The notes under the pieces are model-generated. The model was not told the DNA's origin. It did not search any database and saw only the letters and a program-made list of their open reading frames with translations. Below are positions 46,414 to 59,816 of a stretch of 64,000 nucleotides of DNA, in pieces. The stretch is from positions 181,846,001 through 181,910,000 of the forward strand of contig OZ038378.1 in assembly GCA_964036045.1 (NCBI GenBank), in the 5' to 3' direction. The translations under genes were made by a program, and so were the position numbers. Origin of the DNA: Eutreptiella sp. 'Long Island Sound 2002'. Lineage: Eukaryota; Protista; Euglenida. Each line of letters starts with the position of its first letter. The first letter of the stretch is position 1.

Positions 46414-48206
46414 TGTACAGGTGTAGATCATTTGTTGTTGCTGCCTATGTGTTCTGGTACAAGGCGCCATCAACCGAGGGGTAATTAATTTACTGTGTCC
46501 CATGAGGGTTACGATGATGGCAAAAAAAATTCTGGACCCCTTGTTTGTTCAATGATGGAATCACAACTACGGAAGTCAGGGAGACAACATGGTCGCTCGC
46601 CGATAACAAATGCACACTCACCCCCTCCCTCACCCCCCATTCCTTCCTCCTTACCCACACCTGGCCCTAATGTTTCTGCAACTTCCCTGCCTCGGAGAAG
46701 GGAAGGGCAAAGCACTGGTCACCAACTTCGGCAACACATTCACGCTCCTCTGTGGGAGTTTGCTAACTGACAACACTGTGACAGAAATAGCTAGTGGTGC
46801 TCAGTGACACGCACACACGCGCCCGCGCGCGCAGACAAACACACACACATACAAACACACACAGGAGGAGGAGGGGATGCGGCCGATCTTCGCTACGGCT
46901 CGACATCCCCATGGTGCCGATGGCTGCCACTGGCATAATTGCCTGTGCCGGCGAGGTGGCCCCAAGTGCCGGCCCTGTCTAAGCATCATCGCGGCGCTTC
47001 TCTCCTCATAGCCTCGTCCATCTGGTACTCCCAGTCGCTGGTACCCCCCCAAGAGGCGACTCTGATGTGTTTGTGGTGGATGTCTGGTAGTAGTATCTGT
47101 TATTATCAGACCCCCGGCAAAGGGTTCATGCCCAAATCAAATAGACAGTAAGAAAGTTTACACGACATGGTGCATGCTACTGTCCACATCAAGGAAGCAA
47201 AGTCACGCGTATCATGGCATTGCGCAAATTGCCCCTGCTTGGGGGCGGCCACTACACCCTAACCATAACCCCCCGGACGGGTGCAACCCGCACAACTGTG
47301 CAGAATGGGTGCTCACCGGAGGGCCGGAGCGGAAGGGAAACCGCGAAACCACAAATGCCTAATCTCATCTTAGGTTGCACCTCTAGAGGGAAACCGCGAA
47401 ACCATGAACGCCTCATTTCAACTTAGGTCCCAGGTCTCTTGACATCTGGGTTACTAGTTCTATACCATATAGAGTTAATTAAGTATGAAGAGGATTCCAA
47501 AATATGAGTAAGGAGCTGCTAGCGTTCAATGCACCAAGCCAGAGCCTTGCCTGAATCTCGCAGCTGATTCCCTTACTAGATGAGCCCCTGAAACGGAGGT
47601 CATAGAGAATTGGTGTCGCAAAAACAAGATGGGCGGCACAACAAAGAACTAGAAGGGCAATAATGGTGACCAAAAATCATCTCGTTGGTTGGTTTGCTAA
47701 TGCAATGCCTTCCCCATGCCATGGCACAATCCACTGGTATCATTGCAGTCCCCCAACACCCAAGTGGGGATCAAACGGAGACACAAACAAATGCACACCC
47801 CTGGCAAGGTTGGGTCAAACAAAGGCACAATTGGCACTTGCAACCTTGTTAGAGATTATTGGAGTTCGGGGAAAGAGATGACCCTAGGGCCTCCACAAAG
47901 TCGGCAATACATCCTCGCCCCCAGGCAGCGCTAAGCCCAATTACTCTATGTGAGACCAGGGTGCAAAGAAGCTGCGGGCGGCAACAACATGGTGCGCTCC
48001 GAAGAATGGTAGTAATGCATGGGATGTAGCCGTCGAGGTGGATGTGTGCGGTGTAGGTGTAGGTGTCGGTGTCGGTGAGTGGAAGTCCAGGTTGCAGATG
48101 TGAGCATCAGTTTGGAACACAAAATTTCGTCTGTGATTCGTTAAATCAGCATCTTCACGCCCCCCGAACTCCATGGACCGGGACGCAGCTCTGGGTTTCT
48201 TTACAG

Positions 48207-48288
48207 GCCCGGCAGAAGATTGTCGACATGTACGTCAGTTCGCACGCATATGTCTTTACTCCGGAAGACGTAACCGACGACGCTTCAG
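48207..48288 (+). CDS. GTPase exon 5
   Basis: TTACAG acceptor, phase 0; ARQKIVDMYVSSHAYVFTPEDVTDDAS; CAG|GT donor at 48289, phase 1. Confidence 0.65.
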
Positions 48289-49343
48289 GTGACCCCAGAA
48301 CACCCTTTCCCGGATGTGGGGTGCAAGAGTTGCGTGGGCATCTGTCCACCACAGCGGCAGAGGTGGCTCCCCCGTAAGCTGGCATGGACAGCAACCAACC
48401 GCCTTCAACAATAGAAACAATCCTCGTCATACACACATCATTATGGCATCTTTCAACCAACAATATCGCATTGGGCACAACCTTTGTTGCACCCTCTAGC
48501 AGTAGGGCCTTGCGCACCACGGGAAGAAGCCGTGCGAGCGCAGGCGCAATCTGATGATGCGTAGTCCCTGGAGCTGGAGAGGCTGAACACGTAAGAAACC
48601 TTATTGCTGCCTTCAAGAACATTTCCGATGCAGCCAACCCTCTTGTTGTGTGTGCGATGCATCGAGAATGTGTGCGAATCGATTGAAAAGTTGCAGCCTT
48701 GGTTTGTCGTGTTTGGTTTCCCTGTTGCTCTCGCATGGCACCCACGGTGCGAGATGTGCAGTAGTGTTAAGAGTTATGGAAAGCTGTCTGAGCTTTGATG
48801 GGGGCAGTCTCACTTATGCAATTCGTACCCATGCTCAACCCCAGCCTAAAAGCCATCCATCCCTGCCTCCAATTTCATCCCCTGCTCCAGCCCCGTTCTT
48901 TGCCTCAGCCTCATCCCCACTTAACAACTGGTTTCACTAGGACCCCCTGCATCCCTCCTGGAACACCTCCCTCCTTTCCTCAAGCGGTTGGGCAAAATTA
49001 TTTGGGGCCAACATACCACCCAACATGCCACCCAACATACCCAACATACCGCCCATACCGCGGGGGCAGAGGGAGAGCGTGGAACGCATGTTGGGTGACA
49101 TGTTGCGGTGGCATTAACATCTTGGGTGGCATGTTGGGTGGCATGTTGGGTATGCCGTACCGTCACGACTGCCATGGACGGATTTGCACACCCTTTTTGG
49201 TTGTTGCCTCCCATCATTTTGGCGGTGCGGTGTGCCATGCAGTGCCGCAGTTTCTGGCATGAAACCCGAACTTTTAAGCAACACAATGCACGTGTACGTG
49301 TTTTGGGCGCAGAGCACTTCGCACCTGGATTTTATGCGTTCAG

Positions 49344-49421
49344 GCGACCGTCGTGCCATTGATGTGCTTTATGGTCTGAAGGAATGTCGACTGGCGAAGT
49401 ATCAGACGCATGTGTTCATAG
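49344..49421 (+). CDS. GTPase exon 6
   Basis: Phase 1/1; DRRAIDVLYGLKECRLAKYQTHVFI; TAG|GTATGT donor; joins exon 7 as THVFIGKDGSPAG. An alternative in-phase acceptor exists at 49250. Confidence 0.6.
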
Positions 49422-50061
49422 GTATGTCAGGTGCACTGCCTGAGTTCGAATCATTGCCTCTCTGCCAGTGTGCCAGTCTGCTTGCCTCTCTGCCTGTGCA
49501 GCCCTTGTCACATTTTTCACAACAAAACCCCCAAAACAGGGGATTGTGGAGCACCTTCTCAGCAGCGTCGATTTTTCATCAAAGCCGAATCATTCTTAGC
49601 GCACGTCACACTCCATCTTCCTTTCGCGGTAGTGCTACGATGCGATGGCATTTTGAGCTGATGATTTATTGTGTGGTTGTTCATGAACTGTGAGCCCCCT
49701 TTTTTGTCTCCGATTTTTGAGTGACCGTACCGGGCGGTGCACGCCTGCGCGCACGTTCACGCACACCAACCCACAGAATTCCTCCCCTGCCGCATTTTTA
49801 GCACTATACTCTTGTCAACGAGCACTGTGCTGAGCTCCAGCTCTGCGCGGACATTGCATAAAACATTCTGCAAGACAGTGCAGACTCTTCCGAAAAGCGG
49901 TCAACATCCTCAGCTGAGATATGGTGCTGTCCCTACTGATTGCCCATGTTTTGCGGTAATGGTTGGTAATCTCTACGCTGTTCCTACATAGTTCAAAATC
50001 TGTAGACGCGTCAGTCATAGTTCACAACGATGCTATCCACCGGCCCACTCCATTGATGCAG

Positions 50062-50211
50062 GGAAGGACGGCTCTCCGGCCGGGGAACTCAATCCGTGGG
50101 TGTTCTCCAAGGTTCGGCAAACCCTTAGCAACGTGTCTGCTCGCCAAGAGTACCGGATCCAAGAGAAAGTGCTCCACAGCTTCTCAATGATGCTGCCCAA
50201 GTACATCGAAG
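50062..50211 (+). CDS. GTPase exon 7 (3' end uncertain)
   Basis: TGCAG acceptor, phase 1; KDGSPAGELNPWVFSKVRQTL...LPKYIE; nearest phase-1 AG|GT is at 50212, but the frame stays open well beyond it. Confidence 0.55.
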
Positions 50212-50608
50212 GTTTTTTGCTGCCTGTTGTAGATGAACCGGCGTGGCTTAGGGTGGAAGATACTTTGTGCCCTGACGACCCCCCACCTGTCGCCGGTGTA
50301 CTGCCCATTATATCAACAGCTGCACATTCCGCCACACGTGCACGTTTGGTTCCCCTGAAGCGCAAGAGAGCCCACGGGGTCCGCACATGCAGAAGAGCGT
50401 ACTCTTGGGGAGGGGGGGGGGTCGGTAGTGGTCGGTTTGGTGCCGCAAACTTCCCCACGAATGTTTACGCAATTTCGGTCTTGCTCCCTGGGTCCGGCGG
50501 CGGTGAGCAAGTACTGTCGCCGCTTTATCGGCGGCCAGTCCGTTTGTCGCGTGTGTTTCGCTTGCTTGTCGCTGACAAACCGCACGCCGGACCTAGTCCC
50601 AAGTCTTC

Positions 50609-50808
50609 GGGTGAAGCACGCTGGCACCGGCCTGGGAGGGACACTAAGGGGCAGAAGAGGCGGAAGCAGCACTTGTGAGCAGAGTGATGACTGTCCCATG
50701 CCCCCCAAAAGGCTTTTCCCAGTGGCTTGGGACAATCAGTGCGGACGCCTGAAAACCCAAATCAGTGCATTCGGCTACAAGTATGAACTGGTGCATTTAC
50801 GTAGCCTT
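50609..50808 (+). repeat. 200-bp dispersed repeat, copy 1
   Basis: Clearly homologous to the reverse complement of 54341-54540. Confidence 0.8.
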
Positions 50809-51948
50809 TTTTTGGGGGGGGGGGCAAAGGGCAAATAGTGGCCAGAAGCAGTGTGGGGGTGGGTGTATTTTGTGGGTTTCTGGTTGGGCCTGTGATGCGC
50901 AACTGCAGGTGTTGCGGCAGGCTTTCTGGCTGCGCGAGTGTGTGGGTGAGGCTGGGCGTCGCTGTCTTCCGAGGGCCTTGCGGCATGAAGTCAGCGCCCG
51001 CTTCACCCCCCCGTCACGGCCACATGCTCCAGCCGCCCAGTGGGTGGGGGTGCGCGACCCCCGTTACGCGCACGTGGCATCTCCCCTGCGTGCCCGGCAG
51101 GCCGGGTTGTTGTGGGCCTGCCCAACTGCATTTCCGTCCCGCTGCCCTGTGGAAAGGGCCCCCGTGCCCATTGAACTGAATTTTCTGCGCCAGCAGCGAA
51201 ACGTGAGCGTACCGTATTGACAGATTGGGCGTTCTGTGACGGAAGTAAACAGCACCCTCGCCCTGTTGTGTGCCACGTGAGGGACGGCGAAGCAAAGCCT
51301 GCAGGACGAGGCCACGCAGGTGTAAGGGGGGGGGGGAGAACGGGTGACTGCCCCGTGCAGAAACAGCAACCCGACGGACCGCATGCCCACGGAAACGCAG
51401 CGAGGCGGGTGGTGGACGACCAGAAGGAGGGGAGTGGGCAGCAGAGGCCGAGAAACAACCCCCGCAGCAACCAGCACAGCCCCAGTACGCCAACTACTTG
51501 GCTCCGCTAACGCGAAAACGACACCACAAGGAACACAGGCCGCAGCGGCCGACAGAACGCAGCGACCCGGCGCAGCGCGAAGGGAAGAACGGGTGACTGT
51601 CCAGGGCCCCGTAAAGAACCAACAACCCGACGGAATGTCACACAGGGGGGGGGGGGGGGGCAGGTGCCTGATATACGTGAACCCGGCAGAATAGTTCATA
51701 GGACTTACGTGCAGTGGAATTGCATTGGACTTCTTGTCTTTGCCTCTCTGCAGCGAAAGGCGCCTGTGATATGTCACTGAACGGCTTTTCTCTTTGACTT
51801 TTGCTTTGCACTGTTTCGCGCCTGACAGTACCGTCCGTGCACGCCGCTGTGTCCCTTGGTGATTGCACTGTCAATGACCGTTGCACAGTGTCCTCCTGTG
51901 TCCCCCCCCCCCCCCCGCATGCCCCCGTGACGCGCCGTTGCTCTGCAG

Positions 51949-52023
51949 GTCCCCCAATGCACTTGCTGCTGGTGCCGGACAACAATAACTCCTACTCCAA
52001 CAAATATCTCCGCGCCATCCCAG
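51949..52023 (+). CDS. Tentative GTPase exon (PPMHLLLVPDNNNSYSNKYLRAIP)
   Basis: CTGCAG acceptor and CAG|GT donor, phase 1/1; supported only by splice signals and phase. Confidence 0.4.
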
Positions 52024-53011
52024 GTGTGACTGACCTGCAACGTCATGTATTCCCGGCAGCTAACGAACCGTCAGTGCCGGCTTTGGTCAGAATCTGTACA
52101 TAACCCGCCCAGGGATCTCGTCAGCGACATCCGACCACAGCAGGTGGATGCCGTCACTCATCAGAAATCGACGCCGGACCGCTGCAATGCTTTTCTGGGT
52201 TGTGGTGCGGGCAGGGGCTCTGTATTCACAGCAGGGCAAATGCCCCCGCCACCCCCTCGGTGCGTGCTACCGCAGCTAGTCTTCGCCGCCTGCTCCCGCG
52301 CACCCGCGACCTCGCTTGGCGGGCAGCATGACGCGTCCCCGCCGCCACCGCCCGGGGCCCGCTGGGCTGCCTCAAGAAGGCGCGCGAGCAGTCCCAGTCG
52401 GTGGACACGGCGGTCTGGTGCAGGGCCAGGCTGGGGGTCCCTGAATGTGGGGGCCATGAAGGCAGGGCGGATGCCGGATCGGGAGGCAAAGACGTCGGGG
52501 GGGAGGGGTATTTCCAGGGAGGGTACCAGGACGTCGCGCGCCGCCCGGGCATGGGGGCGGTCGATGGCCTACACTTAGACCACTTCGGCCTTTTCTTCCG
52601 GCGGCATGCGGCCCGCCAGACCTTGCGCTACTGTGTACTGCGCACGGGCGGCCCGACACGGTCCGCCTGAATGCGCCTCACTTCACTCGTTGTGCCCTCA
52701 CCTGTGCCCGTTGCCTGCCCCTCCTCCCCGCACGGAGTGCCACGCCATCTGGGGAAACGGGAGGGCTAGCGCCCACGGGCTGCCCAGCGGCAGCTCACAG
52801 AGGAACGGCCACCTTTGGGCACATGTTGGGGCCGCCGCGGACCCGGTCATGCGTTGCGTCGCGCGCGCACCCCGTTTTTGAGGCAACCTCCACGGAAACA
52901 GCGCTTCTGCGTCGCCCTTGGGGCTGGAGGGCTTGCGGGTGCGAGTTGGGCACGGGACCGAGTGGGGAGCCGTATGGACTGCAAGGCTTAAGCCGGTGTT
53001 TTTGTCTGCAG

Positions 53012-53109
53012 AACACAGCTACGTGCCTTTGGAGGCACGAGGCCTCCTTCAGTGCATGATCCGGACCTGCCAACAGCCGAGCCTCAGCTCCGACCAGAAG
53101 ACCAAAGAG
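53012..53109 (+). CDS. Tentative GTPase exon (HSYVPLEARGLL...DQKTKE)
   Basis: TTTTTGTCTGCAG acceptor, phase 1; GAG|GT donor, phase 0; phase-compatible with both neighbours. Confidence 0.4.
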
Positions 53110-53240
53110 GTGTCCCCTGTTCGCCAAGTAGTTGCCCGTCCGAACCCGAACCGCGCGTGCCAAAGCAGACCCTGCGGGTGCGCTCGTGAATGGGGGCAAG
53201 GGGGATTGCTCCATGACTCATACGTCATTCTCTTTTGCAG

Positions 53241-53318
53241 ATTGCAGAGTATTGCAAGCGACTCGTTGGGATTCGACCGACACTGAAGGACGGCCTGGCT
53301 GAGCACTTAGGCTGGCAG
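53241..53318 (+). CDS. Tentative GTPase exon (IAEYCKRLVGIRPTLKDGLAEHLGWQ)
   Basis: TCTTTTGCAG acceptor and CAG|GT donor, phase 0/0. Confidence 0.4.
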
Positions 53319-54340
53319 GTTCTTCCATGCAAAAACATTTTGGGCGAGTGGGCTTGGTTGCCGAGGGTATTTTGGGGCATGAGTCCTATTTTTGAGGACC
53401 ATTACTCGCGGCGCCGGTCGTGTGGAACCTTGGAACTGGGAAATCGAATCTAGGACCAGGCACCTACAGCCGCAGCACGCCGCAGCACTAGATTTTCAGA
53501 ACTGTAGGTGGTGGGCCTACAGCATGTCGCAGCGACCTGAAATTTCTGAATGCTCCCTGTACGGCTGTGTATGTCCCACAGAATTTCATCCTTGTTTCTC
53601 TCTGCCCGCTGATGCAAAGTCCTACTGCAACATCCACTGATGCCATCTGGAGAGGGCATTCGGTTTGATGGGACAGGTTTTGATCCGTGATCATCTCAAC
53701 ACAGGGAATGACATTTTGCACCATTCGGGAACAATGCATGTCAACAAATGGACAAGAAGCATGCAGCCCAGGGAACGGGTTAAGAAAATGACGGGCCACA
53801 TGCTGTTTTCGTTGTTCTGTGTATTCTCAGGGTCTCAGGGACGCATTGTGTGGGTGTGGGTTCGCATATGGTGCCTTTATAGCCTTGGGAAGTTGAATGG
53901 ACCCCCCACACCAATGGGTATGCTTATCCTGTGGCGCGCAGTTCGGGTATTTGTCCCATAAGAGAAGATATGTAGTGGTGCATGCAGACAGGCTTTTTTT
54001 CTGTAACGTGTGCCCCTACGTACCATTTTTTCATATTTATTTAGTACATTCTTCCCTTTGGGCCCCTTCCCTTCACACATGGTGCACTTGTTGCCGTCCC
54101 TAGTGCGGTATGGGCTAAGTATTAAAGAATTGCTACAAGGGCCCAATTTTTCATGAATGTGGCCAACGGTCAGAAGCTCTGGACTATTTTTCCCTTTGTG
54201 ATGCCTACATATATGGTCTAGGTGCAAGCATTTCCTTGAGGTGCCAAAGGCTAGGCATACTACAGAACCCATTTTGGAAACTGGGTTTCAGGCCATTTGA
54301 CATAGTGCAGAAAAAACCCCACTACGTGCCCTTTGCCATA

Positions 54341-54540
54341 AAGGCTACGTAAATACACTAGTTCGTATTTGCAGCAGTATGCACTAGTTTGGGTTTTCAG
54401 GAGTGTATATTGCTTGTGCCAAGTCACTGCGAAAAGCATTTTGGGGATCATGGGACAGTCATCTCTCTGCTCACAAGTGCTGCTTCCGCCTCTTCTGACC
54501 CTTGGTGTCCCTCCCAGGCCGGTGCCAGCGTGCTTCACCC
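54341..54540 (-). repeat. 200-bp dispersed repeat, copy 2 (inverted)
   Basis: Reverse-complement homolog of 50609-50808. Confidence 0.8.
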
Positions 54541-56569
54541 AAAGTGTTTCTCAAGACAGTGAAAGTTGGAGGATGATCATCACTCTCTACAAAGGAGAGA
54601 TTACGGCCCTGGCTCAACATGCAAAGTGTGGTAGGGAATCATACCCTTCTACTATCGGTTATGGAGGAGGCACATTCCATCGGCTAGCAGTAGCAAAGCC
54701 CTGATGCTACTCCTTTCCCCATACCCCTGGGATCATGCAATGTATAACTGTACGTGAGCCCTCAGCCATGCCATTGTTGTGTGTAAGTGTGTGATGTGTC
54801 TCTCTGTGTGTGTGTATGTCGCGGCACTACGTAGCTGTTGTGTGCAAATCGAAAAAAAGCAAGCAAACTGCAACACATTACAAAAACTTCTCGAAAAAAG
54901 CATTGTGTGCATTTTAAATGCGAAATGTGCCGCACATCGTTTGTCCCATCCCTCACCGTAGCACACCACCATATGTTGCCCGATCCCATGCGTCCTAGGG
55001 AGCCCTTCCCTGTGTCATAGTCCTTTGTTTCATTGCATTTCATGTTCGCTGTTTGGATTATGGGAAAGACTATTCCTCATCGGGTAAGCAGTCCGGTCTG
55101 GATGACAAATAGTCCTTAGAGCACGAGGTCAAGTTGGATCTTGAGTCTTAGTGTGTTTGAGCTGGAGAACTCAGAGTGGCTGCATAACCCAAGCCGTCCC
55201 GGAGGCTCCAAAGCGGGGATAACTCAAAATGGCTACATAACCCTTGCCTTCTTAGGGACTCCAAAGCGGAGAGAGATAAAGTGCACTACTTGTACCAAAA
55301 TGGGAACAAACAATCATCTGCTTTTTGTATCGCCGCCTCTAGAAAACCAACCACTTTTGGGTTAGGGTGGGCTGTGCCATGTGGGGGAGGGATATGTGGT
55401 CCTCATGTGTTTGTGTGTTTTTGCATATGTTTGATGATTCCCGCCCGGGAGGATCACAGCCAAATGTTGTTATCAATACCTTTTGGGCTACCTGCCACCA
55501 CTTCGTCATCCTTATCATTTTTCATTTTGCTCGCCATGATGCCTGTCCGTCTACATCAAACAATGAGGCCCAAAAGCGGCATGCCTGGGTGTTACTCCTG
55601 AGCCTGCCCCATTTTGCAGTTGCAATCCCAGGCTCCGACTACTTACCCAAAATGCTATGTAAAAAGTCACATGATATGTCGCATATCCCTGCTATGTGCT
55701 CATCCCCCCCCCCCCCGGTGGGCTAGCAGTTGCCATGCCTCCCGTTCCCCCGGGCCGAAGGCTTGGTGCACAAAAGAGTTCCATGGAGTCGCCTACATAC
55801 TTGCTGTCTATTTTTTTGTGCCTCTGCCTTGTTGATGGCCAGGAGCATAATTCAAGTCTCATCTAATTGCCATTGCTTCCGTGAGTGCTTTGCATTTAAA
55901 GGCTGCCTTGAATGCCACAATAACCAAACGTCCCACACACACACGTTGCCATGCCTCACACCAATCAGCCGTGGGAGTGGCGCAGCCTGAGTCACCATGA
56001 CCAACCAGCCTAGGTCTTTTTGGCACAGTAGTACCACCACCTTTGCCGCAGCATGCTTCTCTGTGAAGCGAAAGAGCTACGCATTGGTGGAGGCACGGGC
56101 AACGTGCACAGTGCCCAAAATTGATTTACTAGGGGGGATGGAAAACAGAGGAATGGGAAAATGTCAGGAGATGGAATTCTAGGTAAAGCTAATGTACAAA
56201 GATGCACAGAGAGGTTCACAAAGCTGCACACAAAGATGCACACAAAGCTACAAAAATGCGTCACTAGGGTCACCTTTTCCCAATCCTGCATCTTTCAATA
56301 TGGGCGCACTATGTGACATTGGATGAAATGAGAGCAGATAGGTTAGATCTGGAGACAGCAAATGGGCAAACAATGGGGATTGTGATCCACTAGGAATGGG
56401 CCCCATAGTGGGAGAACAATTGGAAAAGTACCATCTTTGTGCAGCTTTTTCCGCAAGTTTGTGCATTCTTATGCATTTTCGTGCATTTTTGTGGATTGCT
56501 GTGAGGCTATCTACAGGTTTGTGCATTTTGGGCACGCCTGTCGGCACAACTTCTCTTTGTTGGCCGCAG

Positions 56570-56663
56570 GATGAGCGCTTCAAAGCCATTCCCGATTGGC
56601 AGTCTGCCGTACCTCATTTAGAGGAATGGTGCCGCGATACTGACCAAAGCCTTGAGGAGACTG
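56570..56663 (+). CDS. Tentative GTPase exon (DERFKAIPDWQSAVPHLEEWCRDTDQSLEET)
   Basis: Pyrimidine-rich CCGCAG acceptor, phase 0; donor TG|GTATTG; no homology support. Confidence 0.3.
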
Positions 56664-56891
56664 GTATTGCCCTCGATCGCACTTCATATCCACATGTCAC
56701 CACCAACCACCTTCCACTGTTGCATTTGCTCTCCTCCTCTCCTCCTCATATTCAAAGAGGTCATGTGGCTCATTTGCCATAGGACATGACAACTGAACCA
56801 GTCCATTCCATGTTCAAGTTAGGTTGCTCCATGCTGTTAGACGTACACGGGTCATAGAACTTCAGTGTCCTCTTTTTGGACTTGCTTGTGT

Positions 56892-59162
56892 CACGGGGGT
56901 AACGTCTCCTCAGTTCTGGTACGCGACCCCCCCCTCTCCCCCCCCCCCTCCCTGCCCTCCGGGCCCACTTAGTTGCCAAGGGTCAATAGCTACCGGCCAT
57001 ACACATCGTGGCACCGAAGGCGCCCCATTTTTTTTTCATTCCCCTTGCCCACGTGGCACCCCTCCCTGCCCTGGCGCTAGAGCGTGGTTGGGAGGCACCC
57101 CCCTTTACCCATTTTGTCCACTTTGCACCCCAACACTATCCTTGAACCCAACCCTGACTCTAACACCCACCCCAAACCTCCTAACCCTAACTCTAACTAG
57201 GATTGAATATTGCGACCGAGCTGGTGGGGGAACGAACATGGTCTAGGGGACTTCAACGACAAATGAGGAAAGTGGATGAGAGCGGCTCAAAAGGGGCTCA
57301 AAATGAGCTGTATTCATCCGTTTGGGCACCACCACTGGACTAGGATCATTTTTCCAAAACCATAGTTTTGACCCGGTTTTGAGCCACTTGTGGTCCCAAA
57401 TTGGCCCATTTTCAAGGCCCTTTTGGCCTTGAGAGGGGCCAAAATTGCTCAACATGGGCTCAAAATGGGACCATTCCACTTGTTTGTGCACCCCAAATAA
57501 TCCAAAAGTATCTCTGGAAAAACACATTTTTGATCCATTTTTGACTGATTTTTGGTCCCTAAACAGCCCAATTTCAAGGCATTTTGTGAGTCTAGAGTGG
57601 CCAAAATGGCTTGCTATGGACTCAAAAAGGGCTCATTTTACTTGTTTAGGCACCCGAAATGGTCGAGGATCATTTTTGGAAAAACACATTTTTGACCCGC
57701 TTTTGACCCATCCCCCCCCCCCAAAACAACCCGTTTTCAAGGCATTTTGGGATTTTAGGAGGGCCAAAACGGGCCACCACAAGCTCAGAACGCCCCAAAA
57801 ACACTTGTTTTGGCATTCCATGTGGCTGAGGATCATTTTTGAAAAAAGTCTTTTTTTGCACCCGTGGACCTTGTTGACCCATTTTGGCACCCACGTCTTT
57901 GGGCTACCTCTTGCAGCTTGCCGCAGCCCACTAGGCCTAGGTATGGGGGTCTAGGCGTCGGTTAGGGCAATTTTGAGGGGTGGAAACCACCAAAAGTAGG
58001 TGGTTGCGGGTGGATCAGGTGCGCTCGAAATCGCGTTTTGAGCGACATAGCCCAAGATATGGTCTATTCACCGGGCTGGTGGAACCAGTCTTGGTTTTAT
58101 AACCCTTTTTAGTGTCTTGGGTGGACGTAACAGGTTTAGCAAGCAAGCAAGCAGCAAGCAGCAAGCGGCAAGCAGCAAGCAGCAAGCACGCGCGAAATGG
58201 GGGAAAATCACAGCTCCGTCGTGGTGCTTCGGATTCGGCCAAAATTTTGGTGCCTGCTACCAATGGGTGTGAGGAACAACCACACGAAGTATGAGCGAGA
58301 AACTCAACGGTGGCGGCCAGGCGCGGGCGTCGCAAGTGCCGGACCTCCATTTCAAAATCTGCAATTGAGGGCCAAAATCAGCCTTTTTTTGCCCAAAACC
58401 GCCCTAGAACCTGGTGAAAACGACCAAATCAACATGGCTGGCATGGCCAAACCAGTTGGCTGCAAAGGTTAGGATTAGGTTTATGGTGATGGTATGGTTA
58501 GAGGGAGGGCAAGGGGAGGTAAGGGGAGCCTCCCCCCCCCCCCCCCTCCACCACCCCAAATTGCCCCACCTGGACCCCCCCCCCAACCGACCCCCCCGAC
58601 CCCCCCCCCCCCCACCCCACCCCTCCCTGAAGCCCCCCGTCCAATGCCCCCCCCCCCCCTCGCCCCCTGGGGGCCTTCGGCCCACTTCTACTTGGGGGGT
58701 TTGGCACAAGGCCTTGGTGTTGGTCTACTGGGGGGGGGGTTTGGCACGAAGCCGTGGTGGTTGGCTCTGTTAGCCTGTGGCGGCGCCTATTGGCCTCTCG
58801 CCTTTGAACCTTCTGCTATGACAAGCAGGCATCCGTACTACTGCGGGCATCCGCACTGCCGCGGGCATCCACCTTCCTGGGTGGGAATCCAGAATGCAAC
58901 TTCTGCCCATGGCGTCCTCCCCTGACGGCCTGATCAGTGCCCGGTATGCGGTCATCACGAAGACCCTAGGCTGGGAGGTGCTCACCACAACCAGCAACGT
59001 GAATGTCACACAAGGCCATGGGTGCTAGCTCACCAATGTGTGACTTGCTGGTAGTATGTTGCGGTAATATCTTCTGCGCTCTGCACCATTCATGGCAAGC
59101 GCGTTGCAGAAATACTGGGGGGGGGGGGTCACGTACAAAAGCGAGGAGACGTCCCCCCCGTG
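56892..59162. mobile_element. 2.3-kb non-autonomous TIR element, 8-bp TSD (same family as 10805-12717)
   Basis: TIRs CACGGGGGTAACGTCTCCTC...GTACGCGACCCC / GGGGTCACGTAC...GAGGAGACGTCCCCCCCGTG; exact TSD GCTTGTGT at 56884-56891 and 59163-59170; internal modules shared with the first copy. Confidence 0.88.
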
Positions 59163-59816
59163 GCTTGTGTCCACAGGATCAGTAGTTTTTGGCATGTCCA
59201 TCTTGCATGATTGTTGGTGCACTTTGCTGTCAATGTACAACTGTGCACAAACCACTGCAAAACAAATAATCTTGATTCTTGTTAGCGGCCCAACATTAGT
59301 GAACTGTTCCTTCCTCTGCCACAGGGTCGTGCTGCAATGTGTATCCGTCAATGTGTGATTGTCATTTGCCGTGCAACGTGTTTACCATACACTGTTGCAC
59401 CCAGCAATTTGGCATTACTATCTGAGACTTCCCAACTAACCTTTACGTGATGGCACATCATCCACACTTTCAGCTTCTGGTACAAGATCCACAGCCTTCC
59501 ACAAGGAAGCCTTTACCCTGATGGCAAGTGGGGTCCACACAGCCATTGAACACCCACAATGTGAACAAAGGCTTGACTATCTGTTCGGACATGTCAAGGG
59601 GCATCCATGGTGGGATTTTGGCATCAACGATGCCCAATACAGTGACACAAGACTTGCAATTTAGCCCTTTGCAATGGGTTCCCAATGATCAGTTCACAAG
59701 TTATTTGCCATAGTTTGGCATGTGGAACCTATTTGGCGTCTGGAAAGCATATATGGGTGCATCCTAGTATGACACAGGGCGAGCGAGCATGGACTGATAG
59801 TCACAATGACGGTGAT

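Noticed and set aside
47479-47673. 64-aa minus-strand ORF with a signal-peptide-like start
   Set aside because: Short, non-ATG start, antisense within an intron, no recognisable domain.
58893-59025. Exon-like frame MQLLPMASSPDGLISARYAVITKTLGWE
   Set aside because: Lies inside the TSD-bounded element 56892-59162 and its phase does not match the preceding candidate exon.
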